Assembly (NCBI GenBank): GCA_028715985.1
Contig: JAQUQR010000002.1
Span: 19,718 to 83,717, forward strand
Source: Methanocellales archaeon
GTDB taxonomy: Archaea; Halobacteriota; UBA148
Direction of reading: 5' to 3'
Length of the DNA: 64,000 bases
In this document: piece by piece, positions 29,186 through 37,736 of the stretch
Layout: every line of letters starts with the position of its first letter
Numbering within the stretch: the first letter of the stretch is position 1
The notes under the pieces: model-generated
The model's database searches: none
The model's input: the letters and a program-made list of their open reading frames with translations, nothing else
Told to the model about the DNA's origin: nothing
Program-made: the position numbers and the translations under genes

Positions 29186-29201
29186 GTAAAGTATACTTTA
29201 C
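29186..29201. promoter_or_regulatory. Perfect 16-bp palindrome GTAAAGTATACTTTAC, a putative operator of the XRE regulator
   Basis: It lies 19-34 nt upstream of the XRE start codon. An extra half-site, GTAAAGT, is at 29171-29177, and TATA-like sequence is adjacent. Confidence 0.5.
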
Positions 29202-29507
29202 TATATAAAACTTTCGTTTTTTGTGGCTTTGAGAAGCGTTGAAATGATAAATTTCGACATTCCAGAGATGATGCCAAAAGTGACAGATATTTAGGAAATA
29301 TGAATCAATAAAGAAATCCAAGACCTTAGGGAGTATTACTGAACACTAGATAAAATAGCAATGTGAAATTCAACGAGGCCAAAAAATATAATGGGCCTAA
29401 TGAAAAAGTTGGTTAAATGTCTGATAGGGGATAAAGTTCATAGTTTTCATAAATGGTGCATCCCGGAACTGGATTAATTAATGAGTGCCGCTCCCAACAC
29501 AGCGCCA

Positions 29508-29657
29508 TCAACTTTCTCCCTTACCTTCATATATGGCGTCTTTTAGTTTCTTTTTTCCTCTTATCACATCATCCAACGGATCTCTTATCGGAGAGATATC
29601 TTCCACAGCTGTTTCTTCGTACTTTTCCCTTAGCTTTTTGCGAATATCTTCTGCCAT
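29508..29657 (-). CDS. Small charged hypothetical protein
   Basis: MAEDIRKKLREKYEETAVEDISPIRDPLDDVIRGKKKLKDAIYEGKGES. This is weak support: the evidence is the ORF alone. Confidence 0.3.
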   Translation of the reverse strand: MAEDIRKKLREKYEETAVEDISPIRDPLDDVIRGKKKLKDAIYEGKGES

Positions 29658-30219
29658 CGTTTTACCTCGCACATGGGATTTTGCGCTCTTTAATACATAT
29701 CCGACCTGTTTGCAGCACACTCATTAAGCATCTCCCAGTTCTTTTAGTACATCATCAATTATAATCCTTCGTTTACTGATGAATTTAATCTTTTTAAGAA
29801 CTGGTGCCTATTCCCAAAGTTAGAAATGTACGTAATAACAAATAAAAATCTTTTGTCTTTATTTACTTTACATAATACCTAAGCCACTTGGTAGGGGCCG
29901 ATTCGTATAACACAAATTAACCTGTTGCGGTGCTCATACTCACGTATAAAGGGTTCCGATCCCAGTTCTTCACCTAAATTCAGCCCATCGGTTGAACTTC
30001 AAATAGACAGGGCCATATATCAGATGAAATTATTTTTATTCCCGCAGGGAAAGCAAAACTTTAATACCCTAACATTGTATCATATTACAATACAACATAA
30101 TACAACACAATAAAAAAACATTGAGCACATAGCATATAAGAATAAGTGTATAAGAATGATGAGAATTATTTTATCAGTACAGAAAACGTAAAACCATAAT
30201 ATGCTTTTTAGGTGTCAGG

Positions 30220-30726
30220 ATGAAATTAAAAGCTAGATACCACTTAAGAAGTGACTTTAAAGAAAAAGTATTGGATAGATTAAAATCCATGTTCGGGCCC
30301 GATGTCGAGCAATTTTTTGTTGAAAAAAAGTTGGAGATCGCTGAGACGGATGAATATGATTTCATACTTGTAGATGGTGATCCTATGTTTTTCATGCTCG
30401 GTGAAAGACTGTATCCTACCCTAAGAGGTGCAATGAGATTTAAGCTGAAGAAAAAGCGAGTCATCGTTGATATGGGTGCTGTTAAATTCGTGTCTAATGG
30501 CGCTGACATAATGTGCCCGGGTATTATAAATGCAGACACAGAGATACAAAAAGGGGATACAGTCATTGTTTCAGATGAAGTTCATGGAAAGCCCATAGCG
30601 ATAGGAATCGCATTGATCTCAGGAGAAGAGATGATGGGCAGCAAGGGAAAAGCAATTAAATCCGTTCACTACGTTGGCGACAAAATATGGAAATTTGGGG
30701 CCTTGGAAACAAATTTAAATACCTAA
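30220..30726 (+). CDS. PUA-domain RNA-binding protein (pre-PUA + PUA, Tma20/MCT-1-like)
   Basis: 168 aa with a C-terminal PUA-like segment: VKFVSNGADIMCPGI...GDTVIV...GKPIAIGIAL. Confidence 0.7.
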   Translation: MKLKARYHLRSDFKEKVLDRLKSMFGPDVEQFFVEKKLEIAETDEYDFILVDGDPMFFMLGERLYPTLRGAMRFKLKKKRVIVDMGAVKFVSNGADIMCPGIINADTEIQKGDTVIVSDEVHGKPIAIGIALISGEEMMGSKGKAIKSVHYVGDKIWKFGALETNLNT

Positions 30727-30746
30727 CCCATTCATATCGATAAGAG

Positions 30747-31124
30747 GTGATTACTTTGCCAAGTTTTATAGATAAATTGATTGGAGCAAAAAAACCGGAA
30801 GTAACGGAGTACGATGAGTTAGATATAGGGCAATACGAAGAGATCTTAGAAGACGTGCCTGCTGAGATGTATGTCAGGATTGCGCAGATGGCAACCCCAA
30901 ATGAACTCCCAGAATTAAAGAAGGAAGTATATGACGGAAACATCTTGATAATAGACATATCCCACATCAAAAATGATAAGGCGACATCTGAGAGAGCTGT
31001 GAGAGATCTCAAACAAGTAGCTGCAGATGTTCATGGGGACATTGCTGGCATAGGAGAGAACCAGATAATAGTTACCCCGACAGGTATCAGGATCGATAGA
31101 ACAAAGATCGTTGGCAAGTATTAA
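30747..31124 (+). CDS. sepF: Cell-division protein SepF (DUF552)
   Basis: The C-terminal domain ...ELKKEVYDGNILIIDISHI......RAVRDLKQVAADVHGDIAGIGENQIIVTP resembles SepF. Confidence 0.7.
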   Translation: MITLPSFIDKLIGAKKPEVTEYDELDIGQYEEILEDVPAEMYVRIAQMATPNELPELKKEVYDGNILIIDISHIKNDKATSERAVRDLKQVAADVHGDIAGIGENQIIVTPTGIRIDRTKIVGKY

Positions 31125-31522
31125 ATAAAATAAAAGAAAAGAAAATAAATTAATTCAAAAATTGGACACGAACATTACCGCTTGGAACTTAGATACCCAT
31201 CGATATTTCTTTACGCATATTTTCTTGCTTTGCCTAGCTAGCTAGATAAGACATAGTTTTGTTCATCATTAATTAAGCCTAAGCAAAGAAGTCCGTTGAG
31301 ATGTCAACTAGGCAAATTGAGGCATCTGGTAAGAGATTTAGGAGACGTAAAAAGTTGGCTGAATCAGGCCGCCAAGTGGCACACAAGCAAGTCGTTCCTG
31401 CTATCTTTGCCCTTTGACCAAACGTTTTGGGCCCCCACGTAATCCTCGAAAAAATTTACTTGTGACTCCCCCTGACAAAAATACTCACACACATGATGCA
31501 TTCTCCCCTATTTGATGACAAC

Positions 31523-32512
31523 CTATTTGACGACAATATCCCTAACTGCAATCCCTTTCTCGACAACCTCTCCAACTATTTTGCCATCCGTGATCTCTAA
31601 AGCCTTTTCTGCATCCTTTTCCGAAAGGATTACCAAGAACCCCATCCCCATATTAAAAGTCCTATACATCTCGATATCACTTATATTGCCTTCTTTTTGC
31701 AGAAATTTAAAAATATCATTGGGCTCTAATGGGTTGTCAAACTTAAATCCGTTAGTGAAGCGGTTCAATTTTAGCAACCCACTACCAGTAATGTGCGCTA
31801 ATCCATGTACATCGCACTCTTTTATCAGGTCCAATACTTCCATATAAATACGTGTTGGAGTTAACAACTCCTCACCTATGCTTTTTCTGGGATTTAACGG
31901 AAATATATCTTCATAGGAGTAAGAACAGCTCTTAATGACTTTTCTTGCAAGTGTCAGCCCATTGCTATGTATACCCGAGCTTGGCAAGCCGAGAAGCAAA
32001 TCGCCTATCTTGATTTGCTCCCCCGTGATCATCCGTTCTTTTGAAACCAAACCAACACAGGTGCCAGCCAAATCAAATCCGTTGATTATTTCTGGCAGCG
32101 TAGCAAACTCACCTCCCACAATGGATATATTTGAGAGTTCTGCCCCCCTTTGCAGCCCAACTCCGATCTGTTCTGAGATGTATTCGTTCGGAGTATTCAT
32201 GGCAAGATAATCCACGAATGCCAATGGCTCTGCCCCTATGGAAAGAATGTCATTAACGTTCATCGCTATGCAGTCGATGCCAACCGTATCCCATTTTTTT
32301 ATAGCACTTGCGATGATTGCCTTAGAGCCGATACCATCCGTGGTGATCGCCAGAGCGAAGTCCCCTAACTCGATCAAACCCGCATAATGCCCTATGTCAA
32401 TTAAAGGGGCGCCCAAACCCCTTCGTTTAAACGTTAGATGCTTTACTAACGCTTCGATAGCCTTGTTTTCTTTGAAGATGTCAACGCCAGATCTGGAATA
32501 CGTCATACTCAT
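31523..32512 (-). CDS. purM: Phosphoribosylformylglycinamidine cyclo-ligase (AIR synthetase)
   Basis: 329 aa with TDGIGSK, GIDCIAMNVNDIL and GIHSNG. Confidence 0.9.
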   Translation of the reverse strand: MSMTYSRSGVDIFKENKAIEALVKHLTFKRRGLGAPLIDIGHYAGLIELGDFALAITTDGIGSKAIIASAIKKWDTVGIDCIAMNVNDILSIGAEPLAFVDYLAMNTPNEYISEQIGVGLQRGAELSNISIVGGEFATLPEIINGFDLAGTCVGLVSKERMITGEQIKIGDLLLGLPSSGIHSNGLTLARKVIKSCSYSYEDIFPLNPRKSIGEELLTPTRIYMEVLDLIKECDVHGLAHITGSGLLKLNRFTNGFKFDNPLEPNDIFKFLQKEGNISDIEMYRTFNMGMGFLVILSEKDAEKALEITDGKIVGEVVEKGIAVRDIVVK

Positions 32513-33912
32513 CTTTCGACACCCAGCTTGAACTCGTCATGCAATGCCCTTAAAGCCTTCTGTGCATCTGATCTGTTTACAACAAAAGATATATTGGCCT
32601 CTGAAGAGCCTTGAGAGATCATCATGATATTCGCTCCAATTCTGCCCAATGCAGAGAAGACACGGCCTGCTACGCCAGGAGTGCCAGCCATACCATCACC
32701 TACAACCGCAATAACACAGACGTTTTCATCATAAGATATATCTTTTATTATATTTTCGGTAAATTCCGTCTGAAGCGCATGGAGAGAGATATCTAGTTGT
32801 GTTTTGTCTATCACCAGAGATATGTTGGCCTCTGAAGAGCCTTGAGAGATCATCATGATATTCGCTCCAATTCTGCCCAATGCAGAGAAGACACGACCTG
32901 CTACGCCAGGAGTGCCAGCCATGCCAGAGCCACTAATATTAATCAGTGCGATGTTTTGTATCAATGTCACTGCCTTTACAATATCTTTGATATGTTCATG
33001 TGCTTTTATGATGAGGGTTCCGGGATGATCGGGATTGAATGTGTTCCTAACGCGTACTGTGATTCCTTTTTGAATGGCTGGCTCTATGGTTTTCGGATGG
33101 AGTACCTTTGCTCCGAAGTAGGAGAGCTCCATTGCTTCCAAGTAAGAGATTATAGGCAGCGTTCTTGCCTCAGAAATTATCCTCGGGTCTGCAGTCATGA
33201 TTCCGTCAACATCGGTCCATATCCAAATCTCATCGGCATCTATTGCAGCCCCTATGATGGATGCAGTATAATCAGAGCCACCCCGACTTAACGTCGTGAT
33301 GATACCTTTGGCGTCAGCTGCCACAAATCCAGTTATAACTGGAATGATCTTTTTCTCGAGCAGTGGATAAATTCGCTCTTTGACTTTGACATAGGTCATA
33401 TCCAATAAAGGTCTCGCACATTTGAAATTGCTATCAGTCACAATACCGGCATCTCCGCCCGTGAGCGCTATTGAGCGCAAATTCATCGATTTCAGCGAAG
33501 CTGAGAGAATTGGGGCAGACAGCCGCTCTCCGAACGATGACAGGTAATCGTGTGACCTAGCCGTGAGCTCTCTCAGATGGCAGATGCTGATCAAGGCGTT
33601 CTCCAGATCTTTCAATCTCGCATCCAACTCCTCGATTACAACTTTTATTTCCCCTTCTGCAACCGCTTCCTGCGCAACCGCATAGTGACGCCCCCTAAGA
33701 TGCTCGATGAAAGCTTTCACGTCAGCTATTCCGCCATCTTCCGCGGCTTTTCTGGCAGCTTTCTCCAATTGGTCGGTAACGCCAGATAGTGCTGAAACTA
33801 CGATAATGATCTCATTTTTTTCATCGTAAAACCGCTTGATCAGCGATGCCACATTTTTTATCTTGGAGCCATCAGCGACGGATGTCCCCCCAAATTTCAT
33901 GACAATTCTCAT
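32509..33912 (-). CDS. lysC: Aspartate kinase with two C-terminal ACT domains
   Basis: 467 aa with MKFGGTSV, an amino-acid-kinase core, and two ACT domains. Overlaps purM by 4 nt. Confidence 0.9.
   Translation of the reverse strand: MRIVMKFGGTSVADGSKIKNVASLIKRFYDEKNEIIIVVSALSGVTDQLEKAARKAAEDGGIADVKAFIEHLRGRHYAVAQEAVAEGEIKVVIEELDARLKDLENALISICHLRELTARSHDYLSSFGERLSAPILSASLKSMNLRSIALTGGDAGIVTDSNFKCARPLLDMTYVKVKERIYPLLEKKIIPVITGFVAADAKGIITTLSRGGSDYTASIIGAAIDADEIWIWTDVDGIMTADPRIISEARTLPIISYLEAMELSYFGAKVLHPKTIEPAIQKGITVRVRNTFNPDHPGTLIIKAHEHIKDIVKAVTLIQNIALINISGSGMAGTPGVAGRVFSALGRIGANIMMISQGSSEANISLVIDKTQLDISLHALQTEFTENIIKDISYDENVCVIAVVGDGMAGTPGVAGRVFSALGRIGANIMMISQGSSEANISFVVNRSDAQKALRALHDEFKLGVER
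32594..32922. repeat. Intragenic direct repeat in lysC: 32594-32691 versus 32825-32922 (98 bp, one mismatch, 231-bp offset)
   Basis: In a base-by-base comparison, the only difference is g32665 versus a32896. Both copies encode GMAGTPGVAGRVFSALGRIGANIMMISQGSSEANIS, one in each ACT domain. Confidence 0.9.
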
Positions 33913-34328
33913 TGATCAATCACTTGTATGTAATACGTGTTAAACGACAATATAAATAGTTCTGATGGTGGTAGAGGTATACTAAGGGTTGCAAATATCC
34001 CCAATATTACAAAGGATGTAAAGGATTACAGCTTAGAAAATGTTAAACACGGCGTGGCGATACCATAAGCCCCAATCACCCAATAAATCCCATGATAGCA
34101 ATCCCTTAATCATAATCCTTATATTCTGTCTACTCGTGAGTTAATACCCACCATACAGCAAGCTGGTCTCATACGCAACAAAAGTAGAGAAGAGCTAGCT
34201 AATTTTATAAAGTTGGGATAGAAATTCCTCATCATATCCTTCTGCGCACAAATAAAATAGCCAATGAAAATTATAATTGAGATGAATCTTATTTTATGTC
34301 CATATCGATGGCTAGTATTCTATTTTTA

Positions 34329-35498
34329 TCATCCCATTATCATTGAAAGTGCATGTTCGAGGATAAGCCTTGGGTCAATGCCTGTCATATGTAAAACAAC
34401 GTATATGCCCACGAAAGTTCCGATTGTACTCCCTATGTTCGCGAAAGCTGCAACCAGTATAACCCTAAACAATCGATTTTTTCGTAAATCATCAAGGGTT
34501 TCAGCATCCATCATCCTCTTAAAATCATTACCTGTGGGCTTTCTCACATATGCCTCAGCCAGTCCAGCAAACCAACCGGCAGCCAAGAAAGGATGTAGTG
34601 ATGTCAGCCACGCTATTCCAAATGCAGTTGCTATGGATAGGGGATGAGCTCCCGCAAGAAGAGCTCCCAATCCGCTAAGTGTGCCGTTTATTATAAACCA
34701 ATATCCCAGAACGACGAGCAATTTTTCTAATGGAACTGACATGACCAAAAGCACAAACGTCATTAGGATGGTCAGCATCACCAGTACACCAAGGAATTTC
34801 ATCACGTTTAGTTTTTTGGGGATGTGCACCAGCTCTTCAGACGGAGGTATTAGCTCCGGATGTGTAAGAAATTTTTCTACGCCTTTTCTATGACCCGCAC
34901 CAATGACTGCAACTACTTTACCGCCCCTAGCCGCATTTAAAAGATTTCCAGCGATATATGCATCCCTCTCGTCTACGAGAACCTTCGCCGCACTAGGCGA
35001 GAACGATCGTAGCTCGGATACTAGCTGAGCAACTACGTCTTCCTCTGTGATCGTTTCCATATCGATCTCTTCTCTTTCCCCAAGAGATGCGCTTATCAGG
35101 GCAAAAAACATCCGTATTCTCTCAAAAAATGTCATTCTGCTCCAAAATCGTCGTAGCGTTATGCCTATATCCCGATCTATGAGAGCTAGGCTTGCGCCAG
35201 TTTTCTCCGCGGCCTCTATCGCGGATATCATCTCTGCACCTGGCTCCACACCTTTCTCAGAGGCGATCTTATTTTGTATCCATGCAAGAAGCCATTGGAC
35301 TAGCAGGAGGTATCCTCCATGCAAAATATCTTTTATCGACGGCTCCGTTTGTATTTCGCCTTTAAGCGCTTTATATCTCCTAGGACATAATTCCACAGCA
35401 ACAACATTTGGTTTTTCTCGATCGATGGTTGATCGCACTTCCTCGATGCTTTTATCAGAGACATGCGCAGTTCCGATGATGATGATATCTGGATTCAT
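34329..35498 (-). CDS. TraB/PrgY-family protein with a C-terminal membrane domain
   Basis: IIIGTAHVSDKSIEEV...PNVVAVELCPRRY is the TraB-family signature. The C-terminal third is hydrophobic. Confidence 0.75.
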   Translation of the reverse strand: MNPDIIIIGTAHVSDKSIEEVRSTIDREKPNVVAVELCPRRYKALKGEIQTEPSIKDILHGGYLLLVQWLLAWIQNKIASEKGVEPGAEMISAIEAAEKTGASLALIDRDIGITLRRFWSRMTFFERIRMFFALISASLGEREEIDMETITEEDVVAQLVSELRSFSPSAAKVLVDERDAYIAGNLLNAARGGKVVAVIGAGHRKGVEKFLTHPELIPPSEELVHIPKKLNVMKFLGVLVMLTILMTFVLLVMSVPLEKLLVVLGYWFIINGTLSGLGALLAGAHPLSIATAFGIAWLTSLHPFLAAGWFAGLAEAYVRKPTGNDFKRMMDAETLDDLRKNRLFRVILVAAFANIGSTIGTFVGIYVVLHMTGIDPRLILEHALSMIMG

Positions 35499-36631
35499 AG
35501 TCTCATTTGACCCAAGAGTTCCAAGGACCTCACCAAGTCAGCCCTAGACACGATCCCGACCATAGCACCTTCTTCCATAACTATCAACCTACCAATGTCA
35601 TGTTTTGATAGCAGTTTTAGAGCCGTGATCGCATCATCGTCTGGTTGGACAGAAATTACTTCACGAGTCATTATATTGGCCACATATATAGAGTCTCGTT
35701 TGTCTGACGGAATTTGCCGAATGTCGTTAAATGTAACGATCCCGATTACGTTATCATCTACGACAGGGTATCCCATATGTTTTTCCTTGAACATCAAATC
35801 AACAAGCTCGCTGACCAACATGTCTGGTTTGACTGCTTTTACGTCTGAGGTCATTATATCCCGAACTTTGACTCCTCTTAATGCCACTGTAACCTCTGTA
35901 GCTTTCTTCTCCTCTGAGGCACCGATATAGACGAAGAAGGCTATTAAAATAAACCAAAAGCCACCATAAAAAAGACCGAACGTGCCCATGATAAGTGCGA
36001 AGGTTTTTCCGACAGATACCGCTTTATTCGTTGCATCTAAGTAGGACATTCTCTTGGCTAACCAAGAGCGTAGCAGGCGCCCCCCATCCATCGGGAACGC
36101 AGGCAGAAGATTAAATCCACATAATATGAGGTTGTAGAAGGCAAGCATTCCAACAGAGGTCCTCACAATACCGAGTGAAACGAATTCTAGCAAGCTATAC
36201 ATAAAATAAAAACTAAGCCCCATCGCCAAGCTAACGCTTGGACCTGCTACGGCGACCTTTGACTCTATCCTAGGATCAGGGGGGATCTCCTCCATGGAAG
36301 AGATTCCACCGAATATTATCAAGGTTATGCTTTTTATCCCTATTCCATGCCTCTTTGCCATATAGGAATGTCCCAGTTCATGCAGCAGGACGCAAGAGAA
36401 TAATGTGAGGGTTACAATCGTGCCGGAAACATATCTTATCAGCGAATTCCCCATGCCACCAAAGCCGATGGGGGTATTTAATAGGCCCAATGTATGCGAC
36501 TGCATCCATTCCCCAGAGGGCGTATTTGTCGTCGCAAATGCATATGCGAACAGAGGCAATATCAAAAGGAAGCTGATATGCAACCTTATAGGTATCCCGA
36601 TTATCTTTCCCAATTGTATTGATGTTTTCAT
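35495..36631 (-). CDS. Site-2 protease (M50) with a tandem CBS pair
   Basis: HELGHSYMAKRHG (HExxH), a membrane core, and two C-terminal CBS-like repeats. I chose the ATG at 36631 (MKTSIQLGKIIGIPIRLH). Confidence 0.8.
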   Translation of the reverse strand: MKTSIQLGKIIGIPIRLHISFLLILPLFAYAFATTNTPSGEWMQSHTLGLLNTPIGFGGMGNSLIRYVSGTIVTLTLFSCVLLHELGHSYMAKRHGIGIKSITLIIFGGISSMEEIPPDPRIESKVAVAGPSVSLAMGLSFYFMYSLLEFVSLGIVRTSVGMLAFYNLILCGFNLLPAFPMDGGRLLRSWLAKRMSYLDATNKAVSVGKTFALIMGTFGLFYGGFWFILIAFFVYIGASEEKKATEVTVALRGVKVRDIMTSDVKAVKPDMLVSELVDLMFKEKHMGYPVVDDNVIGIVTFNDIRQIPSDKRDSIYVANIMTREVISVQPDDDAITALKLLSKHDIGRLIVMEEGAMVGIVSRADLVRSLELLGQMRL

Positions 36632-36639
36632 TTCTTCAC

Positions 36640-36687
36640 AGTAATAGTCTAATAAGTTATATAGGTAATAGTCTAATAAACTATATA
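36640..36687. promoter_or_regulatory. 24-bp tandem duplication (x2, 21/24 identical), each unit containing a TATA-like box, in the divergent S2P/PRC-barrel intergenic region
   Basis: On the minus strand the units read TATATAGTTTATTAGACTATTACC and TATATAACTTATTAGACTATTACT, ending 9 nt before the S2P ATG. Confidence 0.45.
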
Positions 36688-36740
36688 TCTTCATAGTTCC
36701 CATGGTAGGTGGAGATAGGAGAGGAGAGGATAGGATAGAT

Positions 36741-37001
36741 ATGAGAGCAGAAATAACGTCTCTATTTGGCTTAGACGTTTACACGGATCAGGGGAAACGC
36801 GTTGGAAAAGTCAACGACGTGGTGCTTGATGCAGATGACAGGAGGGTAACTGGGTTGGCGGTTTCTGATGTTAACCCAGATTTATTTGATGTTCAGAGTA
36901 GGGGCATCATCATCCCGTACAGATGGGTGCTCTCGGTTGGAGACGTCGTCGTTATAAAGCAAACAACTGGCCGCATTAAGCAAGAAGCAAAACAAGAGTA
37001 A
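36741..37001 (+). CDS. PRC-barrel domain protein
   Basis: MRAEITSLFGLDVYTDQGKRVGKVNDVVLD...RGIIIPYRWV. Confidence 0.65.
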   Translation: MRAEITSLFGLDVYTDQGKRVGKVNDVVLDADDRRVTGLAVSDVNPDLFDVQSRGIIIPYRWVLSVGDVVVIKQTTGRIKQEAKQE

Positions 37002-37012
37002 ACTCCTAAAAA

Positions 37013-37732
37013 ATGGAAGATAGAGAGATTTATTCAAATATTAGAGCTGTGCCTCCAATCGCCATCCGTGTAGATGGAAGAAACTTCAAGAAGTTGCTCA
37101 AAAACTTCAAAAAACCCTATGATAAAAAGTTTATAGCTGCAATGGCAGATGCCACTGAAACTCTCATGAGAGAGAGTGGGTTGAATCCAAGGTTTGCATA
37201 TATATTTTCAGATGAGATTAATATATTCTTCCTAAAAATCCCTTTCCAGGGAAGAATTGAAAAATTGGATTCGATCATCCCTTCTTTCTTAGCAAGCGCA
37301 TTATCTTTAACACTAAAAACAACGATTTCTTTTGATGCTAAGGTTATACCTCTTTCTAAGCGGGACGTTCACAAATATCTGGAACTACGCCAAGCGGAAG
37401 CATGGAGAAATCATGTCAACTCATATGGGTACTATGCGCTACTAGAGGATGGCTTATCCAAACGGGCTGCAGCGCTTAACATGAAAGGTATGAATTCGAA
37501 GGAGATACATGACATGTTGTTTGAAAGAGGCATCAACTTGGCTAAGACCCCCACATGGCAGAGGCGCGGTATCCTAATATGTAAAGAAATGTACCAAAAG
37601 CCCGGATATGACCCTAAAAAGCATCTAAGAGTGCTCTCCAGGAGAAGCAAAGTCATTCAAGATTGGGAAATACCGCTATTCAGTACGGAGGAGGGAAGGA
37701 AGCTCATTGATGAGTTGCTGACCGAGAGGTAA
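37013..37732 (+). CDS. thg1: tRNA(His) guanylyltransferase / Thg1-like protein
   Basis: 239 aa with IAIRVDGRNFKK...FAYIFSDEINIFF..., typical of the Thg1 family. Confidence 0.8.
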   Translation: MEDREIYSNIRAVPPIAIRVDGRNFKKLLKNFKKPYDKKFIAAMADATETLMRESGLNPRFAYIFSDEINIFFLKIPFQGRIEKLDSIIPSFLASALSLTLKTTISFDAKVIPLSKRDVHKYLELRQAEAWRNHVNSYGYYALLEDGLSKRAAALNMKGMNSKEIHDMLFERGINLAKTPTWQRRGILICKEMYQKPGYDPKKHLRVLSRRSKVIQDWEIPLFSTEEGRKLIDELLTER

Positions 37733-37736
37733 TTAT

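Noticed and set aside
29940-29975. GGGTTCCGATCCC, a T-arm-like sequence that could mark a tRNA fragment or att site at the edge of the AT-rich islet
   Set aside because: The flanking bases do not form a 5-bp T-stem or an acceptor stem, and I found no matching direct repeat at the other end of the islet.
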